A DNA stretch of 64,000 bases from Nemertoderma westbladi (lineage: Eukaryota > Animalia > Xenacoelomorpha), in NCBI GenBank assembly GCA_032718475.1, contig JAUCBJ010009100.1, forward strand, positions 1-64,000, read 5' to 3'. Below are positions 10,001 through 26,200 of the stretch, in pieces; position 1 is the stretch's first letter; every line of letters starts with the position of its first letter. The translations under genes were made by a program, and so were the position numbers. Below the pieces are notes generated by a model. The model saw only the letters and a list, made by a program, of their open reading frames with translations, was not told where the DNA came from and made no database searches.

Positions 10001-13000
10001 AGATATAGCAAATCTATGAGTTAGATATAGTAAATCTATTAGTTAGATATAGTAAATCTATGAGTTAGATATAGTAAATCTATTAGTTAGATATAGTAAA
10101 TCTAAGAGTTAGATATAGCAAATCTATGAGTTAGATATAGTAAATCTATTAGTTAGATATAGTAAATCTAAGAGTTAGATATAGCAAATCTATGAGTTAG
10201 ATATAGTAAATCTATTAGTTAGATATAGTAAATCTATGAGTTAGATATAGTAAATCTATGAGTTAGATATAGTAAATCTATGAGTTAGATATAGTAAATC
10301 TATGAGTTAGATATAGTAAATCTATTAGTTAGATATAGTAAATCTATGAGTTAGATATAGTAAATCTATGAGTTAGATATAGTAAATCTATGAGTTAGAT
10401 ATAGTAAATCTATGAGTTAGATATAGTAAATCTATGAGTTAGATATAGTAAATCTATGAGTTAGATATAGTAAATCTATTAGTTAGATATAGTAAATCTA
10501 AGAGTTAGATATAGCAAATCTATGAGTTAGATATAGTAAATCTATTAGTTAGATATAGTAAATTTAAGAGTTAGATATAGCAAATCTATGAGTTAGATAT
10601 AGTAAATCTATTAGTTAGATATAGTAAATCTATGAGTTAGATGTAGTAAATCTATGAGTTAGATATAGTAAATCTATGAGTTAGATATAGTAAATCTATG
10701 AGTTAGATATAGTAAATCTATGAGTTAGATATAGTAAATCTATGAGTTAGATATAGTAAATCTATTAGTTAGATATAGTAAATCTATGAGTTAGATATAG
10801 TACATCTATGAGTTAGATATAGTAAATCTATGAGTTAGATATAGTAAATCTATGAGTTAGATATAGTAAATCTATTAGTTAGATATAGTAAATCTATGAG
10901 TTAGATATAGTAAATCTATGAGTTAGATATAGTAAATCTATGAATTAGATATAGTAAATCTATGAGTTAGATATAGTAAATCTATGAGTTAGATATAGTA
11001 AATATATGAGTTAGATATAGTAAATCTAAGAGTTAGATATAGCAAATCTATGAGTTAGATATAGTAAATCTATGAGTTAGATATAGTAAATCTATTAGTT
11101 AGATATGGTAAATCTATGAGTTAGATATAGTAAATCTAAGAGTTAGATATAGTAAATCTATGAGTTAGATATAGTAAATCTAAGAGTTAGATATAGTAAA
11201 TCTATGAGTTAGATAGAGTAAATCTATGAGTTAGATATAGTAAATGTATTAGTTAGATATAGTAAATCTATGAGTTAGATATAGTAAATCTATGAGTTAG
11301 ATATAGTAAATCTATTAGTTAGATATATTAAATCTATTAGTTAGATATGGTAAATCTATGAGTTAGATATAGTAAATCTAAGAGTTAGATATAGTAAATC
11401 TATGAGTTAGATATAGTAAATCTAAGAGTTAGATATAGTAAATCTATGAGTTAGATATAGTAAATCTATGAGTTAGATATAGTAAATCTATGAGTTAGAT
11501 ATAGTAAATCTATGAGTTAGATATAGTAAATCTATGAGTTAGATATAGTAAATCTATTAGTTAGATATAGTAAATCTATGAGTTAGATATAGTAAATCTA
11601 TGAGTTAGATATAGTAAATCTATTAGTTAGATATAGTAAATCTATGAGTTAGATATAGTAAATCTAAGAGTTAGATATAGTAAATCTATGAGTTAAATAT
11701 AGTAAATCTGTTAGTTAGATATAGTAAATCTATTAGTTAGATATAGTAAATCTAAGAGTTAGATATAGTAAATCTAAGAGTTAGATATAGTAAATCTAAG
11801 AGTTAGATATAGTAAATCTATGAGTTAGATATAGTAAATCTAAGAGTTAGATATAGTAAATCTATGAGTTAGATATTGTAAATCTAAGAGTTAGATATAG
11901 TAAATCTATGAGTTAGATATAGTAAATCTATGAGTTAGATATAGTAAATATATTAGTTAGATATAGTAAATCTATTAGTTATATATGGTAAATCTATGAG
12001 TTAGATATAGTAAATCTAAGAGTTAGATATAGTAAATCTATGACTTAGATATAGTAAATCTATGAGTTAGATATAGTAAATCTATCAGTTAGATATAGTA
12101 AATCTAAGAGTTAGATATAGCAAATCTATGAGTTAGATATAGTAAATCTATTAGTTAGATATAGTAAATCTAAGAGTTAGATATAGTAAATCTATGAGTT
12201 AGATCTAGTAAATCTATGAGTTAGATATAGTAAATCTATGAGTTAGATATAGTAAATCTATGAGTTAGATATAGTAAATCTATTAGTTAGATATAGTAAA
12301 TCTAAGAGTTAGATATAGCAAATCTATGAGTTAGATATAGTAAATCTATTAGTTAGATATAGTAAATCTATGAGTTAGATATAGTAAATCTATTAGTTAG
12401 ATATAGTAAATCTAAGAGTTAGATATAGCAAATCTATGAGTTAGATATAGTAAATCTATTAGTTAGATATAGTAAATCTAAGAGTTAGATATAGCAAATC
12501 TATGAGTTAGATATAGTAAATCTATTAGTTAGATATAGTAAATCTATGAGTTAGATATAGTAAATCTATGAGTTAGATATAGTAAATCTATGAGTTAGAT
12601 ATAGTAAATCTATGAGTTAGATATAGTAAATCTATTAGTTAGATATAGTAAATCTATGAGTTAGATATAGTAAATCTATGAGTTAGATATAGTAAATCTA
12701 TGAGTTAGATATAGTAAATCTATGAGTTAGATATAGTAAATCTATGAGTTAGATATAGTAAATCTATGAGTTAGATATAGTAAATCTATTAGTTAGATAT
12801 AGTAAATCTAAGAGTTAGATATAGCAAATCTATGAGTTAGATATAGTAAATCTATTAGTTAGATATAGTAAATCTAAGAGTTAGATATAGCAAATCTATG
12901 AGTTAGATATAGTAAATCTATTAGTTAGATATAGTAAATCTATGAGTTAGATATAGTAAATCTATGAGTTAGATATAGTAAATCTATGAGTTAGATATAG

Positions 13001-13053
13001 TAAATCTATGAGTTAGATATAGTAAATCTATTAGTTAGATATAGTAAATCTAT
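7056..13053. repeat. 22-bp satellite array, ~270 monomers
   Basis: AGTTAGATATAGTAAATCTA(TG|TT|AG) with period 22. Confidence 0.98.
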
Positions 13054-13153
13054 NNNNNNNNNNNNNNNNNNNNNNNNNNNNNNNNNNNNNNNNNNNNNNN
13101 NNNNNNNNNNNNNNNNNNNNNNNNNNNNNNNNNNNNNNNNNNNNNNNNNNNNN
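13054..13153. other. Assembly gap (100 N)
   Basis: Run of N. Confidence 1.
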
Positions 13154-14263
13154 TTGACGAGGACTGCCCTTAGCGGTCTCTGGTCAACGGCAGCTATTAC
13201 GAGACTGAAAAGAACTCGGAACGCTGACTGCTTGTGTCAGGGATTCGCGACGGGCAACGACAGCCCCCTTACCTAAGCCGTACTGGTTCTCGATGACCGA
13301 TCCCTTCGGGGTTCGCGAGGGGTGGGACGGACATGCGAAAGGGCGGCCGACTTACAGAGGAAGGGTTTAACGAGGACTGCCCTTAGCGGTCTCTGGTCAA
13401 CAGCAGTTATTACGAGCCTGAAAAGGACATCGGAACGCCGGCTGCTTGTACCAGGGATTTGCGACGGGAACCGACGACAGACCCCTGAGCTAAGCCGTAC
13501 TGGTTCTCGATGATCGTTCCCTTTGGGGTTCGTGAGGGGTTTGACGGACATGCGACGGGGTCGAAAGACAAAGGACTGGACGCTACTGGCCTACCGACTG
13601 TTCGGAGCAGTTTCTCGGCTGCCGAAGCGACTACGAGCCTGAATAAGGACTCGGAAAGCCTAGGTGGTCGAGTCTCTGCGATGAACTGACGGACCCTTAG
13701 CTAAGCCGTACTGGTTCTCGATGATCGAACCCTTCGGGGTTCGGGAGGGGTGGGACGGATGCGCGAACGGGTCCACTGACACGACAGACTCCTAGCCAAG
13801 CCGTGCTGGTTCTCGATGATTGATCCCTTCGGGGTTCGGGAGGGGTGGAACGGACACGCGACAGGGTCGACCGACACCGACACTACGGCACTAAGACCAG
13901 GACTGGGGAACATTAGGTAGGCTAAAATCTGGGGAACATTGGGTAGGCTAAAATCTGAGCGAACAGTGGGTAATTAAATAATATACTGTAGGGACTTATA
14001 TTGTCGTGTATAATTATTGTGAATATTTGGTGTATATTGATTTGGGGAAGCCCAAAATTATTCTCAATCAGGTTTCAACTGTAGGAAGTTACATTAAAGA
14101 GTATATCCAACCAATGCGACTTTTCCTCAACCGCAATCCTGCATTTAAGAAATTCCTCCTTCTCCAAATTCAATATCCGGTGACTGGCCGGGACTCTGTG
14201 GTCTGTAAAGTCACGTATCCAGCATCGGCGTTTTTCCCCCCTGGTGTAGGGATAACGGCAACA
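13154..14263 (+). repeat. Second copy of the distal BEL-1 LTR (same as 5946-7055), probably an assembly overlap
   Basis: Offset 7208. It starts exactly at the gap edge, and identity continues through satellite variants to ~18831. Confidence 0.9.
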
Positions 14264-17200
14264 TATAGTAAATATATTAGTTAGATATAGTAAATCTATT
14301 AGTTAGATATGGTAAATCTATGAGTTAGATATAGTAAATCTAAGAGTTAGATATAGTAAATCTATGAGTTAGATATAGTAAATCTATGAGTTAGATATAG
14401 TAAATGTATTAGTTAGATATAGTAAATCTATAAGTTAGATATAGTAAATCTATGAGTTAGATATAGTAAATCTATTAGTTAGATATAGTAAATCTATTAG
14501 TTAGATATGGTAAATCTATGAGTTAGATATAGTAAATCTAAGAGTTAGATATAGTAAATCTATGAGTTAGATATAGTAAATCTAAGAGTTAGATATAGTA
14601 AATCTATGAGTTAGATATAGTAAATCTATGAGTTAGATATAGTAAATCTATGAGTTAGATATAGTAAATCTATTAGTTAGATATAGTAAATCTATGAGTT
14701 AGATATAGTAAATCTAAGAGTTAGATATAGTAAATCTATGAGTTAAATATAGTAAATCTGTTAGTTAGATATAGTAAATCTATTAGTTAGATATAGTAAA
14801 TCTAAGAGTTAGATATAGTAAATCTAAGAGTTAGATATAGTAAATCTAAGAGTTAGATATAGTAAATCTATGAGTTAGATATAGTAAATCTAAGAGTTAG
14901 ATATAGTAAATCTATGAGTTAGATATTGTAAATCTAAGAGTTAGATATAGTAAATCTATGAGTTAGATATAGTAAATCTATGAGTTAGATATAGTAAATA
15001 TATTAGTTAGATATAGTAAATCTATTAGTTATATATGGTAAATCTATGAGTTAGATATAGTAAATCTAAGAGTTAGATATAGTAAATCTATGACTTAGAT
15101 ATAGTAAATCTATGAGTTAGATATAGTAAATCTATCAGTTAGATATAGTAAATCTAAGAGTTAGATATAGCAAATCTATGAGTTAGATATAGTAAATCTA
15201 TTAGTTAGATATAGTAAATCTAAGAGTTAGATATAGTAAATCTATGAGTTAGATCTAGTAAATCTATGAGTTAGATATAGTAAATCTATGAGTTAGATAT
15301 AGTAAATCTATGAGTTAGATATAGTAAATCTATTAGTTAGATATAGTAAATCTAAGAGTTAGATATAGCAAATCTATGAGTTAGATATAGTAAATCTATT
15401 AGTTAGATATAGTAAATCTATGAGTTAGATATAGTAAATCTATTAGTTAGATATAGTAAATCTAAGAGTTAGATATAGCAAATCTATGAGTTAGATATAG
15501 TAAATCTATTAGTTAGATATAGTAAATCTAAGAGTTAGATATAGCAAATCTATGAGTTAGATATAGTAAATCTATTAGTTAGATATAGTAAATCTATGAG
15601 TTAGATATAGTAAATCTATGAGTTAGATATAGTAAATCTATGAGTTAGATATAGTAAATCTATGAGTTAGATATAGTAAATCTATTAGTTAGATATAGTA
15701 AATCTATGAGTTAGATATAGTAAATCTATGAGTTAGATATAGTAAATCTATGAGTTAGATATAGTAAATCTATGAGTTAGATATAGTAAATCTATGAGTT
15801 AGATATAGTAAATCTATGAGTTAGATATAGTAAATCTATTAGTTAGATATAGTAAATCTAAGAGTTAGATATAGCAAATCTATGAGTTAGATATAGTAAA
15901 TCTATTAGTTAGATATAGTAAATCTAAGAGTTAGATATAGCAAATCTATGAGTTAGATATAGTAAATCTATTAGTTAGATATAGTAAATCTATGAGTTAG
16001 ATATAGTAAATCTATGAGTTAGATATAGTAAATCTATGAGTTAGATATAGTAAATCTATGAGTTAGATATAGTAAATCTATTAGTTAGATATAGTAAATC
16101 TATGAGTTAGATATAGTAAATCTATGAGTTAGATATAGTAAATCTATGAGTTAGATATAGTAAATCTATGAGTTAGATATAGTAAATCTATGAGTTAGAT
16201 ATAGTAAATCTATGAGTTAGATATAGTAAATCTATTAGTTAGATATAGTAAATCTAAGAGTTAGATATAGCAAATCTATGAGTTAGATATAGTAAATCTA
16301 TGAGTTAGATATAGTAAATCTATTAGTTAGATATAGTAAATCTATTAGTTAGATATGGTAAATCTATGAGTTAGATATAGTAAATCTAAGAGTTAGATAT
16401 AGTAAATCTATGAGTTAGATATAGTAAATCTAAGAGTTAGATATAGTAAATCTATGAGTTAGATATAGTAAATCTATGAGTTAGATATAGTAAATCTATG
16501 AGTTAGATATAGTAAATCTATTAGTTAGATATAGTAAATCTATGAGTTAGATATAGTAAATCTAAGAGTTAGATATAGTAAATCTATGAGTTAAATATAG
16601 TAAATCTGTTAGTTAGATATAGTAAATCTATTAGTTAGATATAGTAAATCTAAGAGTTAGATATAGTAAATCTAAGAGTTAGATATAGTAAATCTAAGAG
16701 TTAGATATAGTAAATCTATGAGTTAGATATAGTAAATCTAAGAGTTAGATATAGTAAATCTATGAGTTAGATATTGTAAATCTAAGAGTTAGATATAGTA
16801 AATCTATGAGTTAGATATAGTAAATCTATGAGTTAGATATAGTAAATATATTAGTTAGATATAGTAAATCTATTAGTTATATATGGTAAATCTATGAGTT
16901 AGATATAGTAAATCTAAGAGTTAGATATAGTAAATCTATGACTTAGATATAGTAAATCTATGAGTTAGATATAGTAAATCTATCAGTTAGATATAGTAAA
17001 TCTAAGAGTTAGATATAGCAAATCTATGAGTTAGATATAGTAAATCTATTAGTTAGATATAGTAAATCTAAGAGTTAGATATAGTAAATCTATGAGTTAG
17101 ATCTAGTAAATCTATGAGTTAGATATAGTAAATCTATGAGTTAGATATAGTAAATCTATGAGTTAGATATAGTAAATCTATTAGTTAGATATAGTAAATC

Positions 17201-20200
17201 TAAGAGTTAGATATAGCAAATCTATGAGTTAGATATAGTAAATCTATTAGTTAGATATAGTAAATCTATGAGTTAGATATAGTAAATCTATTAGTTAGAT
17301 ATAGTAAATCTAAGAGTTAGATATAGCAAATCTATGAGTTAGATATAGTAAATCTATTAGTTAGATATAGTAAATCTAAGAGTTAGATATAGCAAATCTA
17401 TGAGTTAGATATAGTAAATCTATTAGTTAGATATAGTAAATCTATGAGTTAGATATAGTAAATCTATGAGTTAGATATAGTAAATCTATGAGTTAGATAT
17501 AGTAAATCTATGAGTTAGATATAGTAAATCTATTAGTTAGATATAGTAAATCTATGAGTTAGATATAGTAAATCTATGAGTTAGATATAGTAAATCTATG
17601 AGTTAGATATAGTAAATCTATGAGTTAGATATAGTAAATCTATGAGTTAGATATAGTAAATCTATGAGTTAGATATAGTAAATCTATTAGTTAGATATAG
17701 TAAATCTAAGAGTTAGATATAGCAAATCTATGAGTTAGATATAGTAAATCTATTAGTTAGATATAGTAAATTTAAGAGTTAGATATAGCAAATCTATGAG
17801 TTAGATATAGTAAATCTATTAGTTAGATATAGTAAATCTATGAGTTAGATGTAGTAAATCTATGAGTTAGATATAGTAAATCTATGAGTTAGATATAGTA
17901 AATCTATGAGTTAGATATAGTAAATCTATGAGTTAGATATAGTAAATCTATGAGTTAGATATAGTAAATCTATTAGTTAGATATAGTAAATCTATGAGTT
18001 AGATATAGTACATCTATGAGTTAGATATAGTAAATCTATGAGTTAGATATAGTAAATCTATGAGTTAGATATAGTAAATCTATTAGTTAGATATAGTAAA
18101 TCTATGAGTTAGATATAGTAAATCTATGAGTTAGATATAGTAAATCTATGAATTAGATATAGTAAATCTATGAGTTAGATATAGTAAATCTATGAGTTAG
18201 ATATAGTAAATATATGAGTTAGATATAGTAAATCTAAGAGTTAGATATAGCAAATCTATGAGTTAGATATAGTAAATCTATGAGTTAGATATAGTAAATC
18301 TATTAGTTAGATATGGTAAATCTATGAGTTAGATATAGTAAATCTAAGAGTTAGATATAGTAAATCTATGAGTTAGATATAGTAAATCTAAGAGTTAGAT
18401 ATAGTAAATCTATGAGTTAGATAGAGTAAATCTATGAGTTAGATATAGTAAATGTATTAGTTAGATATAGTAAATCTATGAGTTAGATATAGTAAATCTA
18501 TGAGTTAGATATAGTAAATCTATTAGTTAGATATATTAAATCTATTAGTTAGATATGGTAAATCTATGAGTTAGATATAGTAAATCTAAGAGTTAGATAT
18601 AGTAAATCTATGAGTTAGATATAGTAAATCTAAGAGTTAGATATAGTAAATCTATGAGTTAGATATAGTAAATCTATGAGTTAGATATAGTAAATCTATG
18701 AGTTAGATATAGTAAATCTATGAGTTAGATATAGTAAATCTATGAGTTAGATATAGTAAATCTATTAGTTAGATATAGTAAATCTATGAGTTAGATATAG
18801 TAAATCTATGAGTTAGATATAGTAAATCTATGAGTTAGATATAGTAAATCTATTAGTTAGATATGGTAAATCTATGAGTTAGATATAGTAAATCTAAGAG
18901 TTAGATATAGTAAATCTATGAGTTAGATATAGTAAATCTAAGAGTTAGATATAGTAAATCTATGAGTTAGATAGAGTAAATCTATGAGTTAGATATAGTA
19001 AATCTATGAGTTAGATATAGTAAATCTATTAGTTAGATATTATAAATCTATGAGTTAGATATAGTAAATCTAAGAGTTAGATATAGTAAATATATTAGTT
19101 AGATATAGTAAATCTATTAGTTAGATATGGTAAATCTATGAGTTAGATATAGTAAATCTAAGAGTTAGATATAGTAAATCTATGAGTTAGATATAGTAAA
19201 TCTATGAGTTAGATATAGTAAATCTATTAGTTAGATATAGTAAATCTAAGAGTTAGATATAGTAAATCTAAGAGTTAGATATAGCAAATCTATGAGTTAG
19301 ATATAGTAAATCTATTAGTTAGATATAGTAAATCTATTAGTTAGATATGGTAAATCTATGAGTTAGATATAGTAAATCTAAGAGTTAGATATAGTAAATC
19401 TAAGAGTTAGATATAGTAAATATATTAGTTAGATATAGTAAATCTATTAGTTAGATATGGTAAATCTATGAGTTAGATATAGTAAATCTAAGAGTTAGAT
19501 ATAGTAAATCTATGAGTTAGATATAGTAAATCTATGAGTTAGATATAGTAAATCTATTAGTTAGATATAGTAAATCTAAGAGTTAGATATAGTAAATCTA
19601 AGAGTTAGATATAGCAAATCTATGAGTTAGATATAGTAAATCTATTAGTTAGATATAGTAAATCTATTAGTTAGATATGGTAAATCTATGAGTTAGATAT
19701 AGTAAATCTAAGAGTTAGATATAGTAAATCTATGAGTTAGATATAGTAAATCTATGAGTTAGATATAGTAAATCTATGAGTTAGATATAGTAAATCTATG
19801 AGTTAGATATAGTAAATCTATGAGTTAGATATAGTAAATCTATTAGTTAGATATAGTAAATCTATGAGTTAGATATAGTAAATCTATGAGTTAGATATAG
19901 TAAATCTATTAGTTAGATATAGTAAATCTATGAGTTAGATATAGTAAATCTATGAGTTAGATATAGTAAATCTAAGAGTTAGATATAGTAAATCTATGAG
20001 TTAGATATAGTAAATCTATGAGTTAGATATAGTAAATCTATGAGTTAGATATAGTAAATCTATGAGTTAGATATAGTAAATCTATTAGTTAGATATAGTA
20101 AATCTATGAGTTAGATATAGTAAATCTATGAGTTAGATATAGTAAATCTATTAGTTAGATATAGTAAATCTATTAGTTAGATATAGTAAATCTATGAGTT

Positions 20201-23200
20201 AGATATAGTAAATCTAAGAGTTAGATATAGTAAATCTATTAGTTAGATATAGTAAATCTATTAGTTAGATATGGTAAATCTATGAGTTAGATATAGTAAA
20301 TCTAAGAGTTAGATATAGTAAATCTATGAGTTAGATATAGTAAATCTATTAGTTAGATATAGTAAATCTAAGAGTTAGATATAGTAAATCTAAGAGTTAG
20401 ATATAGCAAATCTATGAGTTAGATATAGTAAATCTATTAGTTAGATATAGTAAATCTATTAGTTAGATATGGTAAATCTATGAGTTAGATATAGTAAATC
20501 TAAGAGTTAGATATAGTAAATCTAAGAGTTAGATATAGTAAATCTATGAGTTAGATATAGTAAATCTATTAGTTAGATATGGTAAATCTATGAGTTAGAT
20601 ATAGTAAATCTAAGAGTTAGATATAGTAAATCTATGAGTTAGATATAGTAAATCTATGAGTTAGATATAGTAAATCTAAGAGTTAGATATAGTAAATCTA
20701 TGAGTTAGATATAGTAAATCTAAGAGTTAGATATAGTAAATCTATGAGTTAGATATAGTAAATCTATGAGTTAGATATAGTAAATCTATGAGTTAGATAT
20801 AGTAAATCTATTAGTTAGATATAGTAAATCTATGAGTTAGATATAGTAAATCTATGAGTTAGATATAGTAAATCTATTAGTTAGATATAGTAAATCTATT
20901 AGTTAGATATGGTAAATCTATGAGTTAGATATAGTAAATCTAAGAGTTAGATATAGTAAATCTATGAGTTAGATATAGTAAATCTATGAGTTAGATATAG
21001 TAAATCTATTAGTTAGATATAGTAAATCTATTAGTTAGATATAGTAAATCTATGAGTTAGATATAGTAAATCTAAGAGTTAGATATAGTAAATCTATGAG
21101 TTAGATATAGTAAATCTATTAGTTAGATATAGTAAATCTAAGAGTTAGATATAGTAAATCTAAGAGTTAGATATAGCAAATCTATGAGTTAGATATAGTA
21201 AATCTATTAGTTAGATATAGTAAATCTATTAGTTAGATATGGTAAATCTATGAGTTAGATATAGTAAATCTAAGAGTTAGATATAGTAAATCTAAGAGTT
21301 AGATATAGTAAATCTATTAGTTAGATATAGTAAATCTATTAGTTAGATATGGTAAATCTATGAGTTAGATATAGTAAATCTAAGAGTTAGATATAGTAAA
21401 TCTATGAGTTAGATATAGTAAATCTATGAGTTAGATATAGTAAATCTAAGAGTTAGATATAGTAAATCTATGAGTTAGATATAGTAAATCTAAGAGTTAG
21501 ATATAGTAAATCTATGAGTTAGATATAGTAAATCTATGAGTTAGATATAGTAAATCTATGAGTTAGATATAGTAAATCTATTAGTTAGATATAGTAAATC
21601 TATGAGTTAGATATAGTAAATCTAAGAGTTAGATATAGTAAATCTATTAGTTAGATATAGTAAATCTATTAGTTAGATATGGTAAATCTATGAGTTAGAT
21701 ATAGTAAATCTAAGAGTTAGATATAGAAATCTATGAGTTAGATATAGTAAATCTATGAGTTAGATATAGTAAATCTATTAGTTAGATATAGTAAATCTAT
21801 TAGTTAGATATGGTAAATCTATGAGTTAGATATAGTAAATCTAAGAGTTAGATATAGTAAATCTAAGAGTTAGATATAGTAAATCTATTAGTTAGATATA
21901 GTAAATCTAAGAGTTAGATATAGTAAATCTAAGAGTTAGATATAGCAAATCTATGAGTTAGATATAGTAAATCTATTAGTTAGATATAGTAAATCTATGA
22001 GTTAGATATAGTAAATCTATTAGTTAGATATAGTAAATCTATGAGTTAGATATAGTAAATCTAAGAGTTAGATATAGTAAATATATTAGTTAGATATAGT
22101 AAATCTATTAGTTAGATATGGTAAATCTATGAGTTAGATATAGTAAATCTAAGAGTTAGATATAGTAAATCTATGAGTTAGATATAGTAAATCTATGAGT
22201 TAGATATAGTAAATCTATTAGTTAGATATAGTAAATCTATGAGTTAGATATAGTAAATCTAAGAGTTAGATATAGCAAATCTATGAGTTAGATATAGTAA
22301 ATCTATTAGTTAGATATAGTAAATCTATTAGTTAGATATAGTAAATCTATGAGTTAGATATAGTAAATCTAAGAGTTAGATATAGTAAATCTAAGAGTTA
22401 GATATAGTAAATATATTAGTTAGATATAGTAAATCTATTAGTTAGATATGGTAAATCTATGAGTTAGATATAGTAAATCTAAGAGTTAGATATAGTAAAT
22501 CTATGAGTTAGATATAGTAAATCTATGAGTTAGATATAGTAAATCTATTAGTTAGATATAGTAAATCTAAGAGTTAGATATAGTAAATCTAAGAGTTAGA
22601 TATAGCAAATCTATGAGTTAGATATAGTAAATCTATTAGTTAGATATAGTAAATCTATTAGTTAGATATGGTAAATCTATGAGTTAGATATAGTAAATCT
22701 AAGAGTTAGATATAGTAAATCTATGAGTTAGATATAGTAAATCTAAGAGATAGATATAGTAAATCTATGAGTTAGATATAGTAAATCTATGAGTTAGATA
22801 TAGTAAATCTATGAGTTAGATATAGTAAATCTATTAGTTAGATATAGTAAATCTATGAGTTAGATATAGTAAATCTAAGAGTTAGATATAGTAAATATAT
22901 TAGTTAGATATAGTAAATCTATTAGTTAGATATGGTAAATCTATGAGTTAGATATAGTAAATCTAAGAGTTAGATATAGTAAATCTATGAGTTAGATATA
23001 GTAAATCTATGAGTTAGATATAGTAAATCTATGAGTTAGATATAGTAAATCTATGAGTTAGATATAGTAAATCTATTAGTTAGATATAGTAAATCTATGA
23101 GTTAGATATAGTAAATCTATGAGTTAGATATAGTAAATCTATTAGTTAGATATAGTAAATCTATTAGTTAGATATGGTAAATCTATGAGTTAGATATAGT

Positions 23201-26200
23201 AAATCTAAGAGTTAGATATAGTAAATCTATTAGTTAGATATAGTAAATCTATTAGTTAGATATGGTAAATCTATGAGTTAGATATAGTAAATCTAAGAGT
23301 TAGATATAGTAAATCTAAGAGTTAGATATAGTAAATCTATTAGTTAGATATAGTAAATCTAAGAGTTAGATATAGTAAATCTAAGAGTTAGATATAGCAA
23401 ATCTATGAGTTAGATATAGTAAATCTATTAGTTAGATATAGTAAATCTATGAGTTAGATATAGTAAATCTATGAGTTAGATATAGTAAATCTAAGAGTTA
23501 GATATAGTAAATCTAAGAGTTAGATATAGTAAATATATTAGTTAGATATAGTAAATCTATTAGTTAGATATGGTAAATCTATGAGTTAGATATAGTAAAT
23601 CTAAGAGTTAGATATAGTAAATCTATGAGTTAGATATAGTAAATCTATGAGTTAGATATAGTAAATCTATTAGTTAGATATAGTAAATCTAAGAGTTAGA
23701 TATAGCAAATCTATGAGTTAGATATAGTAAATCTATTAGTTAGATATAGTAAATCTATTAGTTAGATATGGTAAATCTATGAGTTAGATATAGTAAATCT
23801 AAGAGTTAGATATAGTAAATCTATGAGTTAGATATAGTAAATCTAAGAGTTAGATATAGTAAATCTATGAGTTAGATATAGTAAATCTATGAGTTAGATA
23901 TAGTAAATCTATGAGTTAGATATAGTAAATCTATTAGTTAGATATAGTAAATCTAAGAGTTAGATATAGCAAATCTATGAGTTAGATATAGTAAATCTAT
24001 TAGTTAGATATAGTAAATCTATTAGTTAGATATGGTAAATCTATGAGTTAGATATAGTAAATCTAAGAGTTAGATATAGTAAATCTATGAGTTAGATATA
24101 GTAAATCTAAGAGTTAGATATAGTAAATCTATGAGTTAGATATAGTAAATCTATGAGTTAGATATAGTAAATCTATGAGTTAGATATAGTAAATCTATTA
24201 GTTAGATATAGTAAATCTATGAGTTAGATATAGTAAATCTAAGAGTTAGATATAGTAAATATATTAGTTAGATATAGTAAATCTATTAGTTAGATATAGT
24301 AAATCTATGAGTTAGATATAGTAAATCTATGAGTTAGATATAGTAAATCTATTAGTTAGATATAGCAAATCTATGAGTTAGATATAGTAAATCTATGAGT
24401 TAGATATAGTAAATCTATTAGTTAGATATAGTAAATCTATTAGTTAGATATGGTAAATCTATGAGTTAGATATAGTAAATCTAAGAGTTAGATATAGTAA
24501 ATCTATTAGTTAGATATAGTAAATCTATTAGTTAGATATGGTAAATCTATGAGTTAGATATAGTAAATCTAAGAGTTAGATATAGTAAATCTAAGAGTTA
24601 GATATAGTAAATCTATGAGTCAGATATAGTAAATCTATTAGTTAGATATAGTAAATCTAAGAGTTAGATATAGTAAATATATTAGTTAGATATAGTAAAT
24701 CTATGAGTTAGATATAGTAAATCTATGAGTTAGATATAGTAAATCTATGAGTTAGATATAGTAAATCTATTAGTTAGATATAGCAAATCTATGAGTTAGA
24801 TATAGTAAATCTATGAGTTAGATATAGTAAATCTATTAGTTAGATATAGTAAATCTATTAGTTAGATATGGTAAATCTATGAGTTAGATATAGTAAATCT
24901 AAGAGTTAGATATAGTAAATCTATTAGTTAGATATAGTAAATCTATTAGTTAGATATGGTAAATCTATGAGTTAGATATAGTAAATCTAAGAGTTAGATA
25001 TAGTAAATCTAAGAGTTAGATATAGTAAATCTATGAGTCAGATATAGTAAATCTATTAGTTAGATATAGTAAATCTATGAGTTAGATATAGTAAATCTAT
25101 GAGTTAGATATAGTAAATCTATTAGTTAGATATAGTAAATCTATTAGTTAGATATGGTAAATCTATGAGTTAGATATAGTAAATCTAAGAGTTAGATATA
25201 GTAAATCTATGAGTTATATATAGTAAATCTAAGAGTTAGATATAGTAAATCTATGAGTTAGATATAGTAAATCTATGAGTTAGATATAGTAAATCTATGA
25301 GTTAGATATAGTAAATCTATTAGTTAGATATAGTAAATCTATGAGTTAGATATAGTAAATCTATGAGTTAGATATAGTAAATCTAAGAGTTAGATATAGT
25401 AAATCTATGAGTTAGATATAGTAAATCTATGAGTTAGATATAGTAAATCTATGAGTTAGATATAGTAAATCTATTAGTTAGATATAGTAAATCTATGAGT
25501 TAGGTATAGTAAATCTAAGAGTTAGATATAGTAAATATATTAGTTAGATATAAAAAATCTATTAGTTAGATATGGTAAATCTATGAGTTAGATATAGTAA
25601 ATCTAAGAGTTAGATATAGTAAATCTATGAGTTAGATATAGTAAATCTATGAGTTAGATATAGTAAATCTATTAGTTAGATATAGTAAATCTAAGAGTTA
25701 GATATAGTATATATATTAGTTAGATATAGTAAATCTATTAGTTAGATATGGTAAATCTATGAGTTAGATATAGTAAATCTAAGAGTTAGATATAGTAAAT
25801 CTATGAGTTAGATATAGTAAATCTATGAGTTAGATATAGTAAATGTATTAGTTAGATATAGTAAATCTATGAGTTAGATATAGTAAATCTATGAGTTAGA
25901 TATAGTAAATCTATTAGTTAGATATAGTAAATCTATTAGTTAGATATGGTAAATCTATGAGTTAGATATAGTAAATCTAAGAGTTAGATATAGTAAATCT
26001 ATGAGTTAGATATAGTAAATCTAAGAGTTAGATATAGTAAATCTATGAGTTAGATATAGTAAATCTATGAGTTAGATATAGTAAATCTATGAGTTAGATA
26101 TAGTAAATCTATTAGTTAGATATAGTAAATCTATGAGTTAGATATAGTAAATCTAAGAGTTAGATATAGTAAATCTATGAGTTAAATATAGTAAATCTGT

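Noticed and set aside
13154-18831. Real tandem duplication of LTR plus satellite (copy of 5946-11623)
   Set aside because: It starts exactly at a 100-N gap and appears identical down to rare variants; most likely overlapping contig ends.
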